NCBI GenBank assembly: GCA_044892525.1
Contig: CM097886.1
Coordinates: forward strand, 152,396,001-152,460,000
From: Schmidtea polychroa
Lineage: Eukaryota
Direction of reading: 5' to 3'
DNA: 64,000 nt
Shown: positions 39,588 through 52,429 of the stretch, piece by piece
Layout: each line of letters starts with the position of its first letter
Position numbering within the stretch: the first letter of the stretch is position 1
The notes under the pieces: model-generated
What the model saw: only the letters and a program-made list of their open reading frames with translations
What the model was told of the DNA's origin: nothing
Databases searched by the model: none
Position numbers and translations under genes: made by a program

Positions 39588-42084
39588 CTAAAAGACACGT
39601 AAATATATTAAATATAAATCACGTAACCAAACCTTGAAAAAATATAATTAAAATATAAGTTAATATATTTTTATTTAGACAAACAAATATCAATTGAATA
39701 CTAAATACTAAAACATTTTAAATTTAATAAATAAAATTTGAAAAATAAAATAAAATTTAGATAAAGTATAAAGAAATATAAAAATTTAATGAACCTGGTT
39801 TTCAATCTTCTCTTTTGGATTCTTCACTTTATTTTATTATCATCACTTTAAATTCTATTACCAATTTAACCGAATATGAACTACCATGATAAAAAATTAT
39901 ATAAACATGAATCAGAAAAGGCTTAAAAAAATTAATAATAGAAACTAGAATTGCTTATTTATAGAAGAATTCAATTTAAAAATATTATTTCTCATTTACA
40001 GATAGAATAAAAAATATTGTAAACCTTTCTTTGTTTTTGTACATGTGTTGGGTCAATATAGCTAATGTTGAGGTTCCAAGAATCTCAACTTGATGATCTT
40101 ATATAAATAAATAAGTCAAACACTGGTTCTTTCAAGACTTTTATTTGATAACAATAATGATATATTACAAAATAAAATATTCACCTTTTCACACAGTCAA
40201 TTATGTAATTTTATATAGGGTTCTCTTTTTGTCTTGTTTTCTTTGCTAATAGTCTCTAAATGTTATTACCTGAGCTCGGTTATGTAAATCTGTATGCTCA
40301 AATTTATATTGCAATATCAATTACTGAATTTGGAGTGTCAACATACCTTGTTTACTCAATTCAACTTATTCCATTTTTCCTGGCACTAAGTGCCCTTCAT
40401 TTGCCTTATCCGCATTGCGGTATTTTGTTTATTTTATTTTTAGCTTCCCCAAATACGTATTGAGAATGACACGAACAACCTACGCATAAAAAAATTATTG
40501 AACCATAAATAATATATCGCAGTAATTATTAAATTTCTAGACTTGAGAAAAATTGACAACCAAGTGCCTATCATAGTATAATATAACAGAAATATATTTT
40601 CAATTAAATTTTAATGAAATGTGTAGTTATTCTTAAATTTGTTGTGTCTTGTTGTGATTGTGACTGCCACTTGATTCTCTGTACGGTTTTATTTTCTATA
40701 CCACTGTTAATGCATATAAAAAAAACAACTTTTTCAATAGATATTGTGCATATCGCAAAGTTTTTATTGATTAATATTTTAAAATAGATCCATTTTTTTG
40801 CGTAGGATCACAAATTACTTTATCGTCACCAGTTAATCTGTTTGGAGGTTTGTCAATACACCGCTTGTTTGCATAAAACATGCTATGCAATACATTATGT
40901 AGAAAATTCAAATGTGAATTGCCAATTTTAAAATCACTGTAAATTATTTATTTGTTTTACTTGATTTGAAATGACTTGCATTGTCAACAGCTTGGGCTAG
41001 CTATTTCCCGTGGATTTTAGTTCATTTTTGATTTCATTTTCAAAATTAACTTGGTAAGATTTTTTTGAATTAATTATTTATCATTTTATTATTATTATAT
41101 ATTTATATTTTTTTTTATATATTTATATTTATATATTTATATTTATATATATATATTTTGATAATTTATTTATTAGATTTAAATTTTATCAACCTCAACA
41201 CTATGCTACAGTTGTTTATTTGATTATTAAATTTAACTTTTATTAATTTTCAAATGCAGCATCCTTGACAAAAATAACAAAAGATCAAAGGTGAAAAATA
41301 CATTGTCAATCTATAACTACCCTTATTAAGGGGCTATGCAAATAGTTTCTTTGCATAATCCCTTAATTAATTGCTATTTAAAAATTCACATCACCATAAA
41401 AATAAAAACAATCGATGTATTTATAATTGTCATAATCAAAATAAAATAATCTAATCAATATAGTCATAATTGTCGATAGATCACCAAATTGTCATCATCA
41501 TAGTTATCTTGTATTCAAATCAATTTTCATTAACTTTTTTCTGAATATGTATATTTATTCTATATCTATCTGCCCCTATTGTATAATATTTTAATTTTAA
41601 AATTTTTAGGATTCTTCCATCTTCTAACACTAAAAATGCTACTGGAAAAAAATAAAAATTTTAGGGAAAATATATACACATACTCCAATGATCTATTATT
41701 AATTTGTTTAATGTGTAAAGCGCCGAGGTAGTAGTTCAGTTTATCAAATAATGACACGAGGGCCACTGCAGCATTCAATAAATTTCGCTCTTGCTAATTC
41801 GTGTATCCAATGTGAAATTCTGTAATAATCAAGCAGTGTATATATTTTGACATTGAGCTTATCTATTTGAAAGAATTTTGTCTGCGTTTCTTTGGTGCTA
41901 CATACATATACATATATTTGTATTTAATATTGGCGAGTGAAAATAGCAAGAAATATCTGAAATATCATGAGCTCTTTAAAATATATTTATCATTGGCAGT
42001 TAATCAGCAATCTTTAATAGGCACTTGAAATGCCTTCACAATTAAAAGCTTTTAATTAATAATTAGTATTGTTATTATAATTAT

Positions 42085-42318
42085 NNNNNNNNNNNNNNNN
42101 NNNNNNNNNNNNNNNNNNNNNNNNNNNNNNNNNNNNNNNNNNNNNNNNNNNNNNNNNNNNNNNNNNNNNNNNNNNNNNNNNNNNNNNNNNNNNNNNNNNN
42201 NNNNNNNNNNNNNNNNNNNNNNNNNNNNNNNNNNNNNNNNNNNNNNNNNNNNNNNNNNNNNNNNNNNNNNNNNNNNNNNNNNNNNNNNNNNNNNNNNNNN
42301 NNNNNNNNNNNNNNNNNN
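42085..42318. other. Assembly gap (N run)
   Basis: N run. Confidence 1.
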
Positions 42319-42956
42319 TATTTGTATTATTATCACCACAATTATTAGTATTATTATAATAAGGATTATTATTTTGTAATTTTAGGGGTGCCAGTTATAA
42401 TAATTGGTGTAATTTATAAATAGTAAATTATTAACGAAAGCAAATATTGTTGTAAAGTTTTATTCACTTCATTTGGGTATAAATAATATTTATTTTATGA
42501 AGAATTATTGTTCATTATTGATATTAACATAGTAATTGGTATTGCTATTAGTATTATTTATTTATTTATTATTATTATGATTAGTAGCATTATAATTAAT
42601 TGTAGTAGTAAAACGTAGTGATAATGGTGACTTTATTTTATTTGTCTTAACCCTTATGATAAAATATCTTTGGAATGTTTTCTTGTTTTCTATCGTTAGG
42701 ATCATTGTAAATTCATTGGTATTAGCATCACTGTTGGGAAACGCGAATATAATAAAAGTATGTAAGGGTTAAAATATGGAAATTACCATTATGTTTAATA
42801 CAGCAATAGACTCCAATAATTATGAAAAGGGTTACAATTATGATATAACGAGGAGAATAGAATTAATGAACAAAATAACTAAATTTCAAATCATAATTTA
42901 ATTTTAATAATTTTAAAGGGTAGATATGGTGAGGATAAAATTACATGGGGGAAGAT

Positions 42957-43809
42957 TGTCATGAAAAACGGGACGATCTATGGAAACTCAGAAAAGAAAA
43001 CGGAAACAAAAAGAAATGAGAAATGAGAAAGAGGAATAAAACGAAAGAAATCAAACTTGAAAACAAAAACAAAGGTCAGTACTAATTAATTAGTAACAAA
43101 AGGAAAAGGAATTTTGAAATCGGGAAAATAGAAAAAACAACAATATTCTTATCTTGACAGCTTGTCAAAGATAGCGGAATTGTCGGGAGAAGGCGGTTGA
43201 ACAAAAAAGGGAAAAAGGAAAAATATATTGACAACCGTCAAAAATAAAATTGGGAACAGCAGGAGAAAGAAAGTGGAAAAAAGATTTGATTATCTTGAGT
43301 CCACACATAAAGCAAGCTATATGAAGAGAACTGGTGGACACAAAATGGGACACAAAACTGAGACAAAATTAGACAAAGTCGGACGAAACGTTATTAGAGA
43401 AACGATTTGTGAAAAATAATTGTAAAGAAAATAATTGTGAAGAATAATTGTTATAGAAGATTTGAAGAAAAGAATTAGTTGACAAATTAAACGAAAAGAA
43501 GTTGCTTGAGTATTTGAAAAAAGTTGTGAAGAAGACCTAAGAAAACAACCAGCTCAAAGTCCTAGTTGATAAACCAATCAGTAGTTAGTGGCCATTCAAT
43601 CCACTGCTGTACACGAGTGCTATTCCTCACTGAGAGTTGCAATAAGCATTATATAGTCAACGAGCAGAGTGTTGAATTGATTGTCAGTGTAAAGTGAAAG
43701 CTATTTGTGATTATCAATAAAGATTTCTGTTGTCAAGTGTTATTTGTGGATCAGTCAAAGACACGCTTAGAGTCAGAGTAAGAACTTCAAATTTATCACC
43801 AACCCAACA
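42957..43809 (+). mobile_element. 3' LTR of a Gypsy-type element, preceded by a polypurine tract
   Basis: GGGGGAAGA (42947-42955) then TGTCATG...; AATAAA; ends GACACG..AGTCAGA...AACCCAACA. Confidence 0.55.
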
Positions 43810-44644
43810 ACCAAACATAATTATTAACAAATAAGTAATCACCAAAGATTTATAATTTTTAATATTGTTAGGCTAGAACTGATTTCTAGACCCACATCTT
43901 AGAATAGTGACGGAATTTGTTGGTACACAACATGCATACCAGTGGCGTACGCAGGGGGGGGTTACTGGGGGTTTAGGCCCGACAAGAGACGGGGTTTGAT
44001 GGGGAAAATACCCGGGGCCCCTGGGTTCTAGGGGCCCCGGAGAAAAAATCTATCATGATTTAAATCACTTGATTTTTTTATGAAAAAATCATGATTTCAA
44101 TTTGTAGGAACTATGTTCCTCCTTTTGCAGTGCGTGTGTGTGGGGTACGTCTGGAGAGTGTCCGTTGCCAAGATTGCTTTCGGAACCCCCGTTGCGAAAA
44201 AGTCTACACGGCACAAACGCATCTTGCAGTAATGGTAATCACATGTGGCAATCTTTTGTTTGTCAAGAGTCAAGTGCTTGATATCACTGGTCTGGCGCCA
44301 GCGCCTTAAGGCCCTTAAGGGATGCGTGTGGGCCGACTAGGGAACCGTGTGCGGGACACGGTTATTTTCACGCGAGTTCATCCTGTACCGCACACGATCA
44401 GTCAATCCAAATATATACTAGTTTTTGACATTTTGAGACTGTTTCATTATTTACAAACTCTATTATCATTTAACTAAAAGAAAAATTACAAACATTAATA
44501 GTGTAGTAAGTGTAGTTGTTTGATCAATGTGAAAATCTCCAGGAAGAAGCGGAGTAAAGTAATCGTGTTTGTGAACTAAGCCGAAAGTGAATAAGAAATT
44601 AACCTAAGCGTTGGGCTACAAAGCATTTCTTTACCGGTGCTGGA

Positions 44645-45295
44645 GTGCTGAAGTCTAATTTTCGATTATTAGTAATTAGCAGTCAATGGGAGACCGCCAT
44701 CGACTCCGATATTCGCGACGTGGATGAATTAGAAATGACGCCAAGTGACGAATTCAGAACAAATGTTTTCAATGTTTTCTTAGATTGTATTATTGGAAAT
44801 ATTGCAAGAAGATTTAATGCGGCTAAAGAAATTGATTCGTTATTTAATGTATTATGGTTATTTCATAACCTTAATGATGAAGAAATACAAGAGAAGTCCG
44901 AAAAATTACAAAAAGTATATGAAAATGATATTGACCATAATCTTGGTGAAGAAATACTCCATTTAAAATCAATTTATGATGCCAATATACAAAACAAATC
45001 TCTCTCGCCCATTGAGTTACTAAACATCATTAAAAAAATGAAACTGGATGTATTGTTTCCCAACATAATAATAGCAATAAGATTATTTTGTACGATCCCT
45101 GTAACCGCTGCTGAAGCAGAACGATCCTTTAGTGTTTTAAAAAGGATAGAAGGTGTTTTGAGATCCACAATGTCACAACACCGATTGAATGATTTAGGAA
45201 TGTTGTCGATTGAATCTGAAATGGCTAAGAAAATTGATTTTCAAGACGTAATTAATTTGTTTGCTAGGCGCAAGGTTCAGAAAGCAACATTCTAA
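44645..45295 (+). pseudogene. hAT transposase C-terminal fragment (dimerization domain); catalytic N-terminal half missing
   Basis: FRTNVFNVFLD...LFPNIIIAIRLFCTIPVTAAEAERSFSVLKRI...LRSTMSQHRLNDLGMLSIE. Confidence 0.88.
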
Positions 45296-45508
45296 AAAAT
45301 AATTTGTTTTTTGTACTTTTTTTGTAATTTTAGTTGTAAACGTTTTCATTTTTGTAAGAGAATTTTTGATGAATACATTGTTCCAAAAACAATTAAGACA
45401 TTTTTCGGTTTCCCGCTTCATTTATAAATAGCCCAAAGTCCGAGGGGAAAATTTTTTTTCCACGCTCTTGGCAGGGGCCCCCACAAGAAGTATATCCCCG
45501 GGCCCCAA

Positions 45509-45700
45509 NNNNNNNNNNNNNNNNNNNNNNNNNNNNNNNNNNNNNNNNNNNNNNNNNNNNNNNNNNNNNNNNNNNNNNNNNNNNNNNNNNNNNNNNNNNN
45601 NNNNNNNNNNNNNNNNNNNNNNNNNNNNNNNNNNNNNNNNNNNNNNNNNNNNNNNNNNNNNNNNNNNNNNNNNNNNNNNNNNNNNNNNNNNNNNNNNNNN
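45509..45700. other. Assembly gap (N run)
   Basis: N run. Confidence 1.
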
Positions 45701-46020
45701 GTACGCGCCTGATGCATACCCTGCAATAAGTATAGTTAAATTAAAACATAAAAACATCAAATAAGCAATAATAATAGCGAAAACAACACACAAAACTTAA
45801 AACACCCAAATAAAAATAAATTAAAACACAACAAGAAGTATTACACAAGAAACTTACTCAAATACAGCTGTTTAAATCAAAAAGATGGAGGTCACTAATT
45901 TTAACACAGTTGACTCTGTTGAGGTCTGTAAATTAAAATAAATTTAAATGAAATTTAGGTTGAAAATTTAAATGAAAATTAAGTGAAGAAAAAAAGACAA
46001 ATAAAAGCGTGATCAAGCAC

Positions 46021-47010
46021 AGAATTGATAATAAAGGAAAGTATTATGGAAGCAGTATTAAGAAATGGCAAAAGCAGTTGCGAAAGGCAAGAATCCGGAA
46101 ATCCGAGAAAAATCAATAAATTATAAAATTATCGAAATTGAATTGGGAAAACGGGACAGGTATAGATTAGCTAATGGCCAACAAGATGATGATTAGGGAT
46201 TTATCAGAAAATGGTTAGAAAGGGTTGAAAAGCATTCAAATATGTTAAAACAGAAAACGTTAATTAATTAATTAATTGGCTAACAGGAAACCCGAGCCAA
46301 TAGAGAGCCCGGGAGATGAAGGAAACCCGAACTGGGTAAACAAAGAGAAAAGTAAATAGAAGGAAGATTTAGGCCCATTATCGTGACACAATGATTGATG
46401 AGAAATGACCAAGGAGAAGATAGTGCATGCAGAAAGGCCGGACGGGCCATTAATTATCTTTGTTCGTTGGACCATTATGGGTGACAGCCGAAGCAGATAT
46501 GTGGAGTCGAATGTCAAGTGAGAGATTGGATCGGCAATAACCATTTGTAATCCCGATTTCGAAGAGTATATAATGAATGAGAATATCAGAGCAAATATCG
46601 GCATTTTGCCTCAGTTAGAATAAGAAGAAACGAGAATAGGCGAATTAAGGAGATAACGGAAAAATAAGATATAGAATAGGAATACGAAAAGGTGATAAAG
46701 GATCAAGTCAAATAGAAAAGGAAAACGTTGGGATCAACCTTTTGATTTAACGCCCATAATTATCATCCTTTTAATTTAACCCCCGAAAATAAATAAAACG
46801 TAATATAATAATAATCAATTTTTCAAGTAATAAAATTTTATTATTTTTCATCCTTTTTATTTAACCCCTGGATGATCCAAACATTGATCAAGAGAACCTA
46901 AGGAAATAAAAGGTGAATATTATCTTTTGTCAAATTATCAACGCCGAGCGGAGAATCGGTCAAACTTAACTTTGATTATTGATTGTTTATTGTCGAGAAA
47001 AGAATATTTC
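46021..47010 (+). mobile_element. Gypsy-type LTR, copy B (3'-truncated, with a 150-bp insertion)
   Basis: Aligns with 36019-36860 by eye (about 9 mismatches in the first ~150 bp, more further on). Confidence 0.65.
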
Positions 47011-47049
47011 AATCACGAAACCTTTCAGAAGAGTTATTATAGAACTATA

Positions 47050-50000
47050 AAGGCTAATGACACTGTTGGCCGAACACAGTAGGCCATATCCTTCAAATAA
47101 ACTAACTTTTTATTCACAGCAAACAATAAAAAACATCAACAAAACAAATAAATGGCTTCAAACCAGCAAAACCCGACAAACACTACACAGATACCTAACA
47201 ACTATGAAAATGCTCATACACCGGAAAACATTAACTACCAATACAACCCAAACAAAAACAACGCAAACACACACTCAACACACGAAAGCAGTAGATATTA
47301 TTACAACCCCGAAAATTCATCCGCGGTAAGCTCAATACTAACCCTAAGGCAAATATCCCAAATTTCTTTACATCACAAAATGGTTAGTATTTGCCAAATT
47401 AACATTAAGTCTATCATGCACTAAATCATCAAGAACAGTCTGCTCTCACATAATTGCTGCCCTTTCCAGCAACATCCTCAAAGAGATAGCCGATAGAATA
47501 GATGAAATATCAAAGGACGGCAACCCTTTCGAAAACTTATACAATACTTTAATAAATCGGAACAAAGTATACAGACGAGAACTACTCGAATCCTGTTTGA
47601 AAGATATCCAATTGGGTAATGACAAACCGTCTGAATTTCTGCGAAATTTAAAAGCAAAACTCGAATACTTGCAACCAAAAATAACAAGCAGCAGGTCAAA
47701 AGAGTTCGTCAAAGACCTATTCATGCGCGCTATGCTACCTGAAATACGCGGATTCTAGCTGTCAGTAACTGCACAGACCTCGAAACCTTGGCAAACATAG
47801 CAGACAAAATCAACGACGAAATATACCCGACAGTATGTATAACCTACCAAAACAAAAATTATTTTAAAAACAATGAACAAAACATACCCATACACAATAG
47901 CTCAGAAACTACAGAAGCGAAAAAACTCCTCTCAACTCTGGTAACAAAATTCGACGAAATAATTATCGAAAACAAAAATCTAAGAAAAGACATAACCGAA
48001 TTACAAAGAAGAGAATCCAGGAGAACGCAATATTATGAAAACAGGCAAAATTATCCCAGACAAAATACAAGATCTGGTAGCCGCTGCAGCTTTGACAGAA
48101 ACAAAACATGGAACAACACTAATAAATGGACAAACCGAAACTATTATTACTACCACAATAAATTTTGGAATAAAGCATAGAAATGCAATAAACCTTGCTC
48201 CTTCGATAAAGAAGAGTCGGGAAACATATAAAGTCACCAATGATAGCACCGACAATTGATGACAGCTAAACATTCACGGTGCATAACAATGGCCTTAATT
48301 TCGATTCAGGTTCAATAATTTCATTGTTACCGAATTACCTATATAAAAACACAAAATGAAACCGCGAATTTGTGCGCAGCAAACAGCAGCCTAATTAAAA
48401 CGTTCGGAAAACAAAACATTAACATCACCATCAACAACACACAATACAATTAGCAATTCACTATCGCTGAAGTCAAACAAGCCATTTTAGGAGCAGATTT
48501 CCTCTCAAACTTCAACCTAATAGTCGACTGTGAGAATGGAAAAATCATACCAAATAATTTAAACAACATATACAACAAAAATAAACAATCCAAGAAACAA
48601 ATCAATTGTGACATCGCAGTAATGACAGCCCAACACGGTGAAACAAAAACAAATAAAAGAAAAACAAACTGGCATATACCTAATGAAATCGCAAAACTGA
48701 TACAAAATGTACCAAATATAACTAATAAATTAGAGGCAAACAATAAAAAAATGCATAACCGAACACATAATAATTAGCAACGGAAACCCAGTCCATGCAA
48801 AAGTCAGACAATTAGACAAAAATAAACTCGAAATAACTAAGAAAATATTCGACGAACTACTAGAAAACGAAATCGTCAAACACTCAAACTCAAACTTGTC
48901 ATCAGCTTTCATGCTTAAAGAAAAGGCAAACTGCAAATGGCAAGCCTGTGGAGACTACAGAGCATTAAACAATATCACAACAGCTGACAAATACCCAATT
49001 CCAATAATAAACGACATCATTAACAGATTTAACAAACCCAAAATTTTCAGCAAAATAGACTTAGAAAAAGCCTATCATCAAATTCCTGTCAGAACGGAAA
49101 ACACAAAGAAAACTGCAATCATCACACCCATAGGACTTTTCGAATATAACAAAATGTCTTTTGGATTAAAAAACGCAGCAGCCACTTTTCAAAGCTTTAT
49201 GGACCAAATATTTCAAAATCAACAAAACTCAGTCGCATACCTAGACGACATCTTGATAGTATCAGCAAACAAAACAGAACATATACAAAACATTAAAAAC
49301 GTGTTCGAAATATTAAACAAACATGAAATAAAAATTAATATTAAAAAACTTTCGACAGGGAATTATTAGCGCTACATGATACAATCAGACACTTCCAATA
49401 CCTATTGGAAGGAAAAGAATTTGAACTTTATACCGATCATAAACCATTAATAAACGCAATGAACATGAAAAAACCTTCATCGAGACAAATAAGACAATTA
49501 AACTATATCTCACAATTTAATTGTAAAATAAAATACATAGCAGGTTCAGCTAACATAAGTCCAGATGCACTATCAAGAATAGAAACCGATATCAACATAC
49601 CACCTATCATAGAGTTAGAAAATTTATAAAACAAACAAAAACAAATAATAACCGAGATTCCAAGGTTGAACTCACTCCAATGGGAAGAAATAGACGGCAT
49701 ATAGTACGACACTTCAAACGACATCAACAAAAGGATCATAGTACCACCGGAACTCCGTGATCATTACCTCCAGAAAAATCACAACATATACCACCCAGGA
49801 AACAAAGCCACATACGAACTTCTACATACGCAAGTCGTCTGGCCTTATATGAGAAAGGACGTAAAAACGTTCGTAAAAAACTGCCCGAAGTGTCAAAAGA
49901 ACAAAATAACAACAAAACAGTTCAAAACAACAGTAGTAGAATTCCCAAGTTCTGAACCATTCGAAACGATACATATTGGCATAGTCAAACCTCTACCCCC

Positions 50001-50823
50001 ACATAATAAACACAAGTATTTATTAACAATAATGGACCGAAAAACAAATTGGTTCGAAGCCATACCCACAATAGAAATATCAGCAGCAAAAATATGCGGT
50101 AAATTAGAACTAAACTGATTCGCACGGTATGGCTGCCCAAAAACCATAATCAGTGATCAGGGTAGACAGTTCGAATCCGACATTTTCAAAGGACTTTGCA
50201 ACAAATATAACATCAACAAAATCAGAACAACGGCATACAACCCACAATCAAATGGAAAAGTGGAGAGATTATACCGATCAATAAAACAAGCAATCAGAAC
50301 AAAAACGAATAATAACCACAACTGGTTAGAAAAATTGCCAGAAATACTAATAGGATTACGAAACAATCCTTCAAGCTTAAACGTCGGCACAATTTTAAAA
50401 GACAATAAACAAATCAAAATAAACATACGCAGATTAAAACCATATCACGAAAACAAAGCACCCACATTCAACGATCACCACAACCAAAACCCTCAAAACA
50501 ACCACCCAAAATACAAAACACAAGAACAAACAGGAACACAGACAAATCAGAAACCCATCAGATTCAGCAAAAAAGACTCAACAAAATTCTTCGACAATAA
50601 CACAACAATCACATCAGAATACAAAAAGCACTATAGTGATTACCTCAAATAAAAAACACATGTACCTACAAGGTTTAGTTGTACAATTTTTATGATTTTT
50701 TTTTGTTGTAAAAAACAAAACTAAAACACAACTAAGCCAACACATGTCACAACAACATATTTTTTTCATTTGTAAATATGTAAATTCGTTTAAATGTTAA
50801 CCTCCAGTTTTAAAGGGGGAAGT
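47050..50823 (+). mobile_element. Decayed Ty3/Gypsy internal region (CsRn1-like gag-PR-RT-RH-IN)
   Basis: gag IQLGNDKPSEFLRNL; protease tail AILGADFL; RT CGDYRALN, IFSKIDLEKAYHQIP, YLDDILI; RNase H FDRELLA...YTDHKPL; integrase HPG, CPKCQ, DQGRQFES, NGKVERL; PPT AAAGGGGGAAG at 50812-50822. Many stops, frameshifts and deletions. Confidence 0.92.
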
Positions 50824-51340
50824 TGTATAATGTACTGTTAAATTATATTTTTTTATGTTGGTCATGTCTGTGGCCGCAAGTTATTTTTATTTTAAAAAAA
50901 ATAAAAAACTATATAGCAATAATTTACCATAGTAAATTATCGCTATACAAAATTCAAAAAAATCCATATACGAAAATTAATTAAAATATTCAAAATTTTA
51001 AAAACTTATACCAATTTGTTTTGCGTAAAATTTGAAAGATTGTAAAATATTTATTGGGAATATTTGTTTGGAATATCAAAACAAGCTCCACGAGAATTTC
51101 CTGAACTTTCTATATAAAGTGAAAAGCAATATTTGTTGGGAATCTTTGTTTGGAATATCAAAACAATCTTCACGAGAATTTCTTGAATTTTCTATATAAA
51201 GTGAAAAGTGATCAGTCTCTCGATAAAGTGCGTTTTATTATTACATTTCATGATAATAAAAGTTGCTACTTAAATTAACCGTTATTTTTGGTATTATATC
51301 CATCGCACTACATACACGAACCCCGATTGTCCCACCACAT
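50824..51340 (+). mobile_element. 3' LTR of the CsRn1-like element, with an internal 82-bp tandem duplication
   Basis: TGT start directly after the PPT; two copies (51046-51127, 51128-51209), each holding TATATAAA; AATAAA downstream; right boundary approximate. Confidence 0.55.
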
Positions 51341-51391
51341 ATTTTTATAGGTGACTCTATCGGGTTCTACCACTCTTCTTATTAAACATAC

Positions 51392-51397
<6 letters not shown>

Positions 51398-51473
<76 letters not shown>
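51398..51473. repeat. (TA)n microsatellite
   Basis: About 38 TA units. Confidence 0.98.
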
Positions 51474-51474
<1 letters not shown>

Positions 51475-52392
51475 GGTTCTAGGACAAAATGATNNNNNNN
51501 NNNNNNNNNNNNNNNNNNNNNNNNNNNNNNNNNNNNNNNNNNNNNNNNNNNNNNNNNNNNNNNNNNNNNNNNNNNNNNNNNNNNNNNNNNNNNNNNNNNN
51601 NNNNNNNNNNNNNNNNNNNNNNNNNNNNNNNNNNNNNNNNNNNNNNNNNNNNNNNNNNNNNNNNNNNNNNNNNNNTATTGGACAAAATGGTACGGACAAA
51701 ATTGTACTAGGATTAAATGGTACTAGTATTAAATTATATAGATTTAACTTTGGTTAAATAGAATAATAAGTTTATTTTTTTCAAATGCATTTAATTAATT
51801 ATTGCCTTAACACATAAGTAAGTTGTTTTTATTTAGCATAAATGTCTGGCTCTTTCTGTCTTTCGTTTAATAATATTAAAAACAATCCATAAATCTAGAC
51901 AATATATAAATTATAATGAATAAATAAATTTAAAAAAAAACTAGTGTCAAACATCTAAGACTATAGGCCTACTCAGTTACAATGTTTCGTTTATGCTTAA
52001 ACAGTAAACACTTTTCGGTTTACACTGGCGCGTTAGCAAATATGTGTATTATTATTATTATTATTATTCACGGTAGATTGATTTTGTTGATTACGATTTT
52101 TTGCAATAAAGAATATTAAAAATAACTTATATTTTGCCGTTGCCTTATATATGCAGGTTGTTAACATTTCAAACTTCCAATTGAGCTAATTTTCTAATAA
52201 CAATTAGCCTATCTAAAGTGACATGGTATTTATCAAAATGCATTTTTATTGGTTATTCTATCAGTTTAGTTCGTTATTTTTTATTCATTTTGTCCATACC
52301 ATTTAATCCTAGTACCATTTTGTCCGTACCATTTTGCCAAATACCATTTTGTCCTCATACCATTTTGTCCTCTATCATTTTGTCCCACCACC
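51475..52392. mobile_element. Non-autonomous MULE-type element with subterminal GGACAAAATGGTA arrays
   Basis: Both ends read GGT-N4-GGACAAAATGAT; inverted tandem arrays at both ends (left array partly in the gap); ATATAC on both flanks. Confidence 0.65.
51494..51675. other. Assembly gap (N run)
   Basis: N run. Confidence 1.
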
Positions 52393-52429
52393 ATATACAT
52401 ATATTTAGTAATAATTGTTTTGATTAAAA

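Larger units (their letters stand above)
43940..45711 (+). mobile_element. Non-autonomous hAT (ZMYM1-like) element with both ends
   Basis: Perfect 8-bp TSD ATGCATAC (43932-39, 45712-19); TIRs CAGTGGCGTAC/CAGGCGCGTAC; GGGGCCCC subterminal repeats; contains an N gap. Confidence 0.87.

Noticed and set aside
40046-40558. Possible minus-strand solo LTR (TGTC...ACCCAACA) upstream of PGAM
   Set aside because: The terminal dinucleotides fit, but there is no TSD and no second copy in the window.
46272-46604. 110-aa antisense ORF in LTR copy B
   Set aside because: Produced by purine-rich LTR composition; no protein motif and no support for translation.
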